A stretch of 17,720 bases of DNA from positions 1 to 17,720 of the forward strand of contig JAQGDQ010002016.1 of NCBI GenBank assembly GCA_030141605.1, read 5' to 3'. Under the pieces are notes generated by a model. That model was not told the DNA's origin. It worked only from the letters and a program-made list of their open reading frames with translations, and did no database searches. The position numbers were made by a program, and so were the translations under genes. Source of the DNA: Tubiluchus corallicola. Lineage: Eukaryota > Animalia > Priapulida. Shown here piece after piece: positions 1-9,816 of this stretch (positions are counted from its first letter, which is position 1; every line of letters starts with the position of its first letter).

Positions 1-560
1 TCTTTCTCTCTTTCTTTTTAGAATTTTATTAAGGTAAATTTTCCTACGGTCGCCCATTCGCCCTCACCATTTTTCTCACCCTTTATCCGCCTCACTCTAT
101 TTTGTTTCTCCTTACTCTGTCTTTCCCTCTTCTTTCTCTCTTTTTCCCCTTTCTCTTTCTCTATTACTCTTTCTTTTTAAAACTTTATTAAATTAAATTT
201 ATGTACGATGGTTCACTCGCCCTCTCCATTTTCTGCCCACCTTTCCTTCACCTCACTCTTTAGTCCCTCATTTACTCTCCCTCTCTTTCTCTCTTTCTTT
301 TCTTTCTCTTTCTCTTTCTTTTCAGAACTTTATTAAGTTAAATTTCCCTATGGTCGCTCACTCGCCTTCTCCATTTTCTGCTCACTTTTCCTCCGCCTCA
401 CTCTTTCGTCACTCCTTTACTCTCCCTCTCTTTTCCTCCTCCTTCTCTCTTTCTTTTCTCTCTCTCTCTCTCTCTCGCTTTCTCTCCTTTTCTCTCTCTT
501 TCTTTTCAGAACTTTATTAAGTTAAATTTTTCTAAAGTCGCTCACTCTCTTTCACTTTTT
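1..560 (+). repeat. Left arm (truncated by window start) of a long near-perfect inverted repeat pairing with 1208-1767
   Basis: Position i pairs with 1768-i across the whole arm. In a block-by-block comparison the only mismatch found was 250(A) vs 1518(C), with no indels. Confidence 0.97.
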
Positions 561-685
561 TGTTGACTCACTCTTTTCTTTTCCTCCTCTACACTCTTTT
601 TTGACCTTCCTCTTTCTCATGTTTTTTCTTTCAATCTCTTTCTCCCTCTTTCTTTCTTCTTTTTAGCACTTTATTAACTAAATCT
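16..685 (+). repeat. Degenerate pyrimidine-rich tandem repeat, ~145-185 bp period, about 5 units
   Basis: The anchor TTTT(C)AGAACTTTATTAAGTTAAATTT recurs at ~16, ~175, ~320, ~503 and ~661. Most copies are followed by a GGTCGCTCACTCGCC..CCATTTT-like block and CT-rich filler. Confidence 0.85.
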
Positions 686-1047
686 ACTACTTTACTTGCA
701 ACTTTCTTTACCACAGACTGTCTTCCATTTTCACGACAAAACTAAGAAATTCTTTACCTCATGTAAAACGTGACTTTCTTTATTCTCGCATAATTATTGC
801 TGAGAAATTGGGCCAGTAGAAAGTGCACTTAATGTCCTTACAACTTTAGAAGGTTTCTGTTATTGATCTTTATCAACATGCAGGATTATGCGCCGCGATA
901 CGTTCTTCGGATGCTGTTGTTAATATTATTCTGATTAATTTTTTCGTTCCATTTTTCACACCTGCAGCAGGAGTAGAGATTATAATTTACCTAAATCTAG
1001 TAGAAAGGTTGAGGGATTGAGTGTTCGGTGTCCTACATTGCTTGGTT

Positions 1048-1061
1048 GTTGTCATGGCAAC
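1048..1061. promoter_or_regulatory. RFX X-box consensus match (function unverified)
   Basis: GTTGTCATGGCAAC fits GTHNYY-AT-RRNAAC. No target gene is visible. Confidence 0.3.
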
Positions 1062-1207
1062 AGAAGCCACAGGACAACAGAAAGGAAAACGACTTCGACG
1101 CTGAAAATTGGAAAGTTGGGTTGTTTCTGCAACTAAATGTTTTTCCTTTTGAAGTTGCTTAAAATTTTGTGTTTTAAGCAAAGGAATCGCAAGAAATGTG
1201 AGATACG

Positions 1208-1767
1208 AAAAAGTGAAAGAGAGTGAGCGACTTTAGAAAAATTTAACTTAATAAAGTTCTGAAAAGAAAGAGAGAGAAAAGGAGAGAAAGCGAGAGAGAG
1301 AGAGAGAGAGAAAAGAAAGAGAGAAGGAGGAGGAAAAGAGAGGGAGAGTAAAGGAGTGACGAAAGAGTGAGGCGGAGGAAAAGTGAGCAGAAAATGGAGA
1401 AGGCGAGTGAGCGACCATAGGGAAATTTAACTTAATAAAGTTCTGAAAAGAAAGAGAAAGAGAAAGAAAAGAAAGAGAGAAAGAGAGGGAGAGTAAATGA
1501 GGGACTAAAGAGTGAGGCGAAGGAAAGGTGGGCAGAAAATGGAGAGGGCGAGTGAACCATCGTACATAAATTTAATTTAATAAAGTTTTAAAAAGAAAGA
1601 GTAATAGAGAAAGAGAAAGGGGAAAAAGAGAGAAAGAAGAGGGAAAGACAGAGTAAGGAGAAACAAAATAGAGTGAGGCGGATAAAGGGTGAGAAAAATG
1701 GTGAGGGCGAATGGGCGACCGTAGGAAAATTTACCTTAATAAAATTCTAAAAAGAAAGAGAGAAAGA
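1208..1767 (-). repeat. Right arm of the inverted repeat (purine-rich), probably extending to ~1820
   Basis: Reverse complement of 1-560. The purine-rich pattern continues over 1768-1820, where the partner would lie upstream of the window. Confidence 0.97.
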
Positions 1768-1958
1768 AGAGGGGAAAAAGAGAGAAAGAGGAAAGAGAAG
1801 GAGTAAAGGAGGGAACGAAATCTCGACCACTCGACAACCTACACCGTTTTTCAAAATAAAATAGTTCTATCCTTCAATGCGTTCTTGTGATAACCAATTT
1901 CATATTTCCTTTCTAAGGAAAAATTCAATGTAATCCAATCTAAACATGTATTTTCTTT

Positions 1959-2306
1959 TGTTGCGTTTTGTTTCTCTCGGAAGGCTCGTAGAGAAAACCA
2001 GAAAACGCGTCGTCAAATTAAACTAGTTTATTATTTTATATACTTTAGTCTACAACACAAAAGTATGAAGGAACGCGAAATGTTTACAGTAAATGTGATA
2101 ATCTGGAAACGTGAAAGCGAGAGAAAGCGTGAATCTGAGAATACAAGAGACTAAACTCCAGCGGCCAGCTCCGCCTTATATATCAGTGCCAGGGAACAAT
2201 CTAGAAATAGAAAGTTGTCGAAACTTCTACAAGGTAAGAAGATTGTTCTAATATACTATAGAACATGCTACAATATTCTAATTAATTCTAGTGCATCTCC
2301 ACAACA
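1959..2306 (-). mobile_element. Probable solo LTR (~348 bp) of an LTR retrotransposon
   Basis: The minus strand begins TGTTGTG and ends CGCAACA (TG...CA with short inverted termini). TATATAA at 2182-2176 is followed by AATAAA at 2032-2027, in the expected U3-R-U5 order. No TSD, PBS or PPT was found. Confidence 0.55.
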
Positions 2307-2379
2307 GAAGCCCAAAGAGCTTTTATCACCGACTGTAAATAACAACCTACAACTACATAGCAGAGACTATTATTACCCC

Positions 2380-2513
2380 ACTTTTATCCTAAATACTACG
2401 CGCAACAGCAGGTACCATTTTTAAAGTTCTTGGTATGACCGGGCCGCTGTATCGAACTCACGACCTTCCAGACCGAAAGCGGAGGCATTACCACAAGTCT
2501 AAACCGCCTGGTC
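2380..2513 (-). mobile_element. tRNA-derived SINE remnant (head plus conserved central domain, MetaSINE-like)
   Basis: Minus strand has an A-box-like TAGACTTGTGG (2501-2491) and a B-box-like GAGTTCGATAC (2459-2449). These are followed by GGTCATACCAAGAACTTTAAAAATGGTACCTGCTG, which resembles from memory the Meta-domain of invertebrate SINEs. The 3' boundary is uncertain. Confidence 0.75.
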
Positions 2514-3387
2514 AACAATCAAGTAGCTAGCCATGGTCAACAGCCAAATTCGGAAATATCCACGACCATTCGGTAGCCTCAAGCCAGTCGTTAGGAGCAG
2601 GATAATTTAGCCTAAACTGGTTAAAATGACTATACTCCCACCTTAAAGCAGAACAAAACCCTTTACTTACATAAAACTAAAAAAAATGCTAAAAAATAAA
2701 GCCTACCACAGCGCCTAAAAATTTACATTCAGCCGTGGTACCAGTTTGTATCATTCTTTGTGGTCCGTTTTTTTTGAAAAATTCTTTGTTCAATTTGTCA
2801 ACTACAGCAGTTTCGATTACCAAACTGGTAGGCCTACTTTCCAGGCACATGTAATCCATGGCACCTATTTTAATTTTCTCTCTAGTGCTATCCAATTACG
2901 CTGACCATTTGTAATACATCCTAATAACTGTCAACCCGCAACAAGACGCCAAACGCTCTTGTGAAAACTAGTTCACTGGGTGCACCGCTGAACAATCTAC
3001 TTCCTTGAGTGCAGCACTTGAGTCACTTTCTTACAGCAAAACCAAGCAGGAATGTCAAACATTAGATACACCAATTACAGCAGCAGGATTACATTTCATT
3101 CATACGTTATTTGTTTCATCACATCAACTAACTTATTGTGAAGTTTTCTCCAGGCAACAACATAAACAGTATTGAGCCGGCTGTGCTCTTAATAAAAATT
3201 AAAATAAGTTTGAAGAAGTGAATGTAAAACCACAGAAAACAAAATAGCTAAAAACGTGTTGTTGTTACTATTAGCAAATATTAATGTATAAACCTAGCAA
3301 TCAATTTGCTTGTTTATGTTCAATAGAAATATTATTATTAACTTTTATTTTAGAGTTACTTGTGCCCTGATCTTACAAGAAATCAGT

Positions 3388-3639
<252 letters not shown>

Positions 3640-4250
3640 GTATTGCTTTTTCGTTTTCATCATGTTGTATGTTGCATATATGTAAATAATAATATGAACT
3701 TATGTTTGAAATAAAGAACTAAATCAAAAAAATCACTCTCTCTCTCTCCTCTTTCAATTCCTTCTCCTTCGCCCAAACGTCACCTCCAATCATGACATAA
3801 AATTACAACAAACACGTTTGAGATAAACATATGATATTTTTGACATTCAAAAGTATTCAGAATAGCTGATTACTTAGCCTACAGGGTATTCTAAGATTGG
3901 TCATGGTACTTTGCAACCGAAATCAAGCAAAGCGGACCCAGGGCAGTAACTGGATTGGTGACCAAATAAAAAACCGTTAAGGGCGAATTCAACCGTCAAC
4001 GTGCTTCCCTGATTGAATGCCTTATTAGAGAGCACATACGTCTGCCTGTCTCTCATCTTATCAGAAACGTATTTGTTTATATCACTTATCACATTTTAAA
4101 ATAGTTTAGCTTTTTCTACTAATTTAGCATAATAATACTATTTATAATATATTTGTCCTAATTGCTAATCTTTTTTGGAGAAAGAAACTGATTTTTCAGC
4201 CTAAGTGGCCTCACACTGTTAGCAATGGCTGAAAGACAATTGCAAAATGT

Positions 4251-4721
4251 ATGGCAACGAGTGATCTTCACACCTGCACACGCAGTGATGGCAAAGAGTG
4301 ATCTTCACACCTGCACACGCAGTGATGGCAAAGAGTGATCTTCACACCTGCACACGCATTGATGGCAAAGAGTGATCTTCACACCTGCACACGCAGTGAT
4401 GGCAAAGAGTGATCTTCACACCTGCATACGCAGTGATGGCAAAGAGTGATCTTCACACCTGCATACGCAGTGATGGCAAAGAGTGATCTTCACACCTGCA
4501 TACGCAGTGATGGCAAAGAATGATCTTCACACCTGCATACGCAGTGATGGCAAAGAGTGATCTTCACACCTGCATACGCAGTGATGGCAAAGAATGATCT
4601 TCACACCTGCGCACACAGTGATGGCAAAGAGTGATCTTCAAACCTGCACACGCAGTGATGGCAAAGAATCATCTTCACACCTGCACACGCAGTGATGACA
4701 AAGAGTGATCTTCACACCTGC
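4251..4721. repeat. 37-bp minisatellite, ~12.7 copies
   Basis: The unit ATGGCAAAGAGTGATCTTCACACCTGCA(C/T)ACGCAGTG starts at 4251, 4288, 4325 ... 4695 with exact 37-bp period and no spacers. Confidence 0.98.
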
Positions 4722-6396
4722 GGTCATAGGGTGAATCCTTGTGGTACACCACAGTTTAAATCCTACGGAGTTTAAACACTTTCTGCTCATATGTACTGTA
4801 CGGCATATGAGCTGTGATTTTTTATGTATTTTCTAAAACTTTTGTGTGGGGAATAGAGGCAAAAGTATTCAAGGGGTATAATAAATCAGAATATATGACG
4901 AAAATTTCATTGTTGTGTCATTGTCACTAAATTTCTGCATTGTCTCCAGAAATTTTTATTTATTCATTTCGCAATACTTTGGCATTGTTTCCAAAAGCTC
5001 CTGTTCTGCAATGCCTACAGATAAGTTATAAGCAATACCTCTCCTGATTACAGAATCTCAATCCCTTATTATTATTTTCTAAAGAATTTCAAAACTCAAT
5101 TTTTGTTTACAAAGCAATTTCCTAGGATCAGCCGAAAATAACCCGCCAAAACTGACATAATGAGTTTCATCGTTCTGTCGTAAAATCCCCTTCGCACACG
5201 CAGAGTCTCAAAAGTCCATAGTCTACACGAAATTTTGGTTTTAATGGCACGTTCACACTTGAATGAAAGCGTTCACACGCAGATTATGTAGTCAACAAAT
5301 GACAACTATCATGACAGCTCCTTCCGCCTATGGCAATGACACCTACAATTCCGTGTAAACAATAATCACACAACTGTAGACAAATACAGCACTTCGTTTA
5401 TATTACAACGTTGTCGATTTTATAATTTCGTTGTGGACTGTGGATGTTATAATCCGTCCACATTCAATGGACGACAGCAGGTGCAACAACGATAATGTCA
5501 AGTAAACATTTGGACACCTGCTATTTTCAAAAGTCAAAGAACGTAGTGCTCTTTCTCAAAATTACCACCCACATCAACCATCCATCAACATCACCGCAAT
5601 ATGTTGCCACCAATGCCATCTCCACTGATCCTGAAACGATCAACGAAATGGGAACCAACAAGATCACCACCATCACCATCACCGTCACCACAGCCACGAT
5701 CACCGCCGCCACCAACACTATTACAATATCCGTCATCTCGGGAAACATTCATCCGAATATGTCGCTCTGTCACAAAGCGCACTTTTTTCGCTAAGTAAGG
5801 GCCACAAGGTCAAAAGCGCAGCCAACTATAATGAAAGAAAACAGTTTTGTCCAAATTGACAAGATGTAATCGCTTAACTATGACCTCGCCAGCCACAAAG
5901 CAGCACTGTTGGTTAGCGACAGCTTTGATGGGAAAAGAATAAGACCACACAATGTCGAAAAGTGCCTTCAGGGTCCTTTAGGGGTTTCATTTGAGGTTTG
6001 TAGCTGTGTGTGTAGTACACGTACATTAGTTCCTAATACTCCAAGAGTGTGTAGTAATCACTTAACGCATTATTCAATCAAGTTATAACTTATCTGTAGG
6101 CGTTGTAGAACACGAGTTTTCGGAAACAATGCCAAAGTATTACGAAAGAAAGAAATAAAAATTTCTGGAGATTTTATGCAGAAATTTAGTGACAATGACA
6201 TGACAATGAAATTTTCGTCTTACATTCTGATTTATTATACCCCTTGAATACTTTTGCCTCTATTCCCCACACAAAAGTTTTAGAAAATACATAAAAAATC
6301 ACAGCTCCTATGCCGTACAGTACATATGAGCGGTAAGTGTATAAACTGCGTAGGATTTAAACTGCGGTGTACCACAAGGATTCACCCTATGACCGC
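4720..6396. mobile_element. Putative non-autonomous DNA transposon/foldback-type element with ~312-bp terminal inverted repeats; superfamily unassigned
   Basis: 4720-5031 is the reverse complement of 6083-6396 (about 23 differences, ~92-93% identity by hand). Termini are GCGGTCATAGGG...CCCTATGACCGC. The ~1.05-kb interior has no transposase motif, and no TSD was seen. Confidence 0.75.
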
Positions 6397-7059
6397 TTCT
6401 TTTTCTTATCTAAATTATTGACTTACATTTCGTTATTTATTTCATCACACATCGTTTCCTGATGGCAACAAGCCTTTTCCTCCTGTCCTCTCAGTAATTT
6501 ATTAACTTCGCAAAATCAACATTAATCAACTTCATATTGAGTTATGGTTGATTTGGTTCAAGAACAACCGAAGGTGAAGTTGTCAAATTTTTTTTGCTAG
6601 GTTAGCGCATTCTTACTGTTGTTTATTGCCAAAATATAACAATTATAAACTTCACCAAAGCAAAAGTCCTATGCCCTAAAGCAAGCTCATAGATCATTCA
6701 CCCATTGCTTTTATGGCACGTTCTGTGACTGCCTATCTATGGTCTAGCTTACATAAATATTAATTGAATCAGAAACTTCGAGTGTGACATTGTCTCTGGT
6801 ATTTCCTTGTTACAGCAAGAAACGAGTAAACTTTTGTTGTTAAGTGGGACAGGCAAAACTGGATAAGGTTTGTGCCATGAACTCTACTCCCCATGAATGA
6901 TATTGCCATGCAGTGGTTCAGATACTGGTAGTATCGTTTGTTGCTTATCTTATCTATATCTTTGTTCAGACGTACATCTATGCAAGTGTCAATAAAAATT
7001 CAAATTTTCTTGTTTGCTTCTTACTCGCACTACTCTTTCTTTTAATGTGTTTTAGTTTA

Positions 7060-7550
7060 AACATAATTTATTATAGGATTGGATCAGACAGTTTGAACAA
7101 CATGATTTAGGATCCTCACCACAACAGACTCTATACACTATTTACAAAAACATTTACAGTAAGAATTGACTATAACTACACAAGCTGACAAGTTTTACTA
7201 CAAGATTACATTAGACATTAGTAGAAAATGACGGTCAGAAAATATTAATGTACGAATATTTAAGACTGATGCATTTCATATCAGATAGAAACTACTAGAA
7301 GCGTTTAGTACGTAATATAAAGTCATGCATGCATTGGAATTTTTACTGTTAGCAACATAGTTAAATTAATCTTTTCTGAATAATAACAACTTCAACAGAT
7401 CATTATTTCCTAAGACAGCTATATTAAGGTTTTCAGGAAGAAGTATTGCATTTAATTTATCAAACACAACAACCCTATTTTGTTGATACAATGGGCAATG
7501 CAATAAAAAGTGTTCATCAGACTCAAATCGAAATCCACAGTTACGATTTG
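7060..7550 (-). mobile_element. 5'-truncated, decayed CR1-group LINE 3' end (ORF2 C-terminal zinc knuckle plus 3' UTR)
   Basis: The minus strand translates to RNCGFRFESDEHFLLHCPLYQQNR...LLKLLLF, then after a stop and frameshift HDFILRTKRF* (TAG at 7297-7295). This matches the CxCG-E-H-F-L-C-P-Y and FI-TKRF ending of invertebrate CR1-like ORF2. AATAAA lies at 7072-7067. Confidence 0.85.
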
Positions 7551-7564
7551 TGTTTTACTTTTAC

Positions 7565-7805
7565 ATTTATGATTTACTTTTAATGTGTTTTTCATTTCTT
7601 TCTCTTTTTTCGTCTCTTTCACTTCTTCCTTTCTTTCTCAACTTTCTTATATATTTTTTTAACAACTCATCCACGTTTCTGATGTTTTTCTCTTTTCTTT
7701 CATCCGTTTCTCTTTCTTCTCTCTCTAAAATTGCTTTCTACATTTCTACATTTTCCCGCCTCCCTTCTGCATTTTTATTCATTCTTTCATTTGTTTATTT
7801 TTTCA
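7565..7805. repeat. T/C-rich low-complexity tract
   Basis: Irregular TTTC/TTCT runs that account for the F/L/S-rich ORF 7550-7963. Confidence 0.75.
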
Positions 7806-8339
7806 CTCGTTTGCACGGTAATTCATACATTCTAAAATTTTGTACACTGGCTTACCAAAAATATAGTAATTCACAACCGCTAACGTCTGTACTGTACATA
7901 ATAGGCAATATCATACAAACGTTTGACAACATTGGATATAAAAGTGTACTAAACTGTCGCTAAGTTGTTACAAAATAACAAATTGTACGACGGAAAAACC
8001 GGTAGGCAGAACGGACGCTAAACAGCAGGCAGGTTTAAACTTTTTTACGACAAACATGCATACAACAAAACAGGTCATTTTTCATAAGTCAATGAACCTC
8101 TTTTCTTATCGCTTAAATACCTCTTTTGCGACAACTTCGGATAAACATGGGACGTAGGCGGCATCTTTTATCTTTCTGAGTTTATAGTTAGTAAGACGTA
8201 ATCTTTCAAGATCACTAAACTCGACCTTTTCTGCTTGAAAAATCCGAAGCAGGTTTTTTACTCATTTCATTATTCCTACTTTGAGCTACGTCAGTTTCAA
8301 AATTTGCATAATCTTGTCATATTATATTATACTATATAC

Positions 8340-8405
8340 AGAGAGAGAGAGAGAGAGAGAAAGGGGGGGAGAGAGAGAGAGAGAAAGAGAGAGAGGGGGG
8401 AGAGA
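8340..8405. repeat. Interrupted (GA)n microsatellite
   Basis: GA runs broken by short G and A runs. Confidence 0.95.
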
Positions 8406-8435
8406 CAGAACCGTTGCTTTCTTGTAAGATCAGGG

Positions 8436-8679
<244 letters not shown>

Positions 8680-8684
8680 AGATT

Positions 8685-8783
8685 ATGATGATGACGACGA
8701 TGGTGATGCTGATGATGATGATATGATGATGATGATGATGATGATAATGATGATGACGACGACGACGACGACGACGATGATGA
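8685..8783. repeat. Compound (ATG)n/(ACG)n microsatellite
   Basis: Alternating GAT and GAC blocks directly after the ACT run. Confidence 0.95.
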
Positions 8784-9816
8784 GACGCAACGATGAAAGT
8801 AAAAAAATATATGATGAAACCTTTACGCAGGGCATGAACGGGCATTTTAATGTGGACAATCCACATTAAACTTAGAGCTTTCAAGCTGAGGTGCCCTAAA
8901 ATTAATCTGTTTTACCTTCGTTCTCGATTTAATGCCACCGCCATTATTTCCTGTAATTTGCCAAACGTCAGGACATCGAATCCTTGACACGAAGATGGCT
9001 TGCATAAGTACTTCTTATAGACAAAAAAAAACAGCGGGCCATAATCGTTTTGCTTGGTGGATTAACTATCGCAAACACCTACTACAAAGAATACCGCAGT
9101 GAGAATATCCACCAGGTGGAGTATTATATTGGCTTATCAAGGTGTGAAGAAGAATGCTATTAAGCTGTTCAAGGTGATACCAAAACGTCCACAATACGAA
9201 AACCGGACGATTGTGTAAACGCGAGTTCAGAATAAAGAATGATCTAAAATATTGAAAACTACAATAGCTTATTTTAAATCAAAGCTTAGGTTAAATAATA
9301 ATCACCCCGGATACTCCAATTTCGTTAAAATTTCAAAACTTCGTGCGGCTCAGTGAATCTTCTAAGATTGGCAACGGCGCCTTTTTGTCAGATGCGCATG
9401 GCCGACAAATAGAAGGCTGCACAATGACAACCATGATCATGAACTGCAGTGTTAGTTTCTGACGTCATACGATGTAGAGCCCATTTTTCGTGACATTATG
9501 CGTTTAAACAGTACTGAAACACCTATGCAAACTTGCTTGATGCGCAAGGGAAGACGCCTACCATTGCACAAACTGTGGTTAGTTTCTGACGTAAGCAATA
9601 GCTGCGTTCGGTTGCCGTTAATTAACTTTCTAAACTAATTATCAAATATAAGAAAGAATTATTAACTTTTATATGCAAGACAATGCATATTTTGGACAGT
9701 AAATTAAAATGAGATTGAGTCTAAATAATCGTCCGGTCTTCCTTTAAGACTGGTAGTACAAAATCGCTGACTAATTCTCGGCGAGTGGGTGACATCATTC
9801 GCGTATCTACACCACT

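Noticed and set aside
690-990. Minus-strand exon in the inverted-repeat spacer
   Set aside because: All three frames after the candidate acceptor at ~962 hit stops within 30 codons.
2689-2895. 68-aa minus-strand ORF
   Set aside because: Non-ATG start, no recognisable domain and no convincing splice sites.
3901-4092. 63-aa minus-strand ORF
   Set aside because: Non-ATG start, no recognisable motif, and a length expected by chance.
4251-4721. CRISPR array (37-bp repeats)
   Set aside because: Units are head-to-tail with no unique spacers, there are no cas genes, and the context is eukaryotic.
5527-5748. Minus-strand hydrophobic membrane-protein-like ORF
   Set aside because: Val-richness follows from the GTG/ATG-rich complement of the CAC/CAT tract, with no independent support.
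6512-6553. Imperfect hairpin as a pre-miRNA
   Set aside because: Too short, AT-rich and mismatched, so compatible with chance.
7550-7963. 137-aa F/L/S-rich ORF
   Set aside because: Product of a T/C low-complexity tract.
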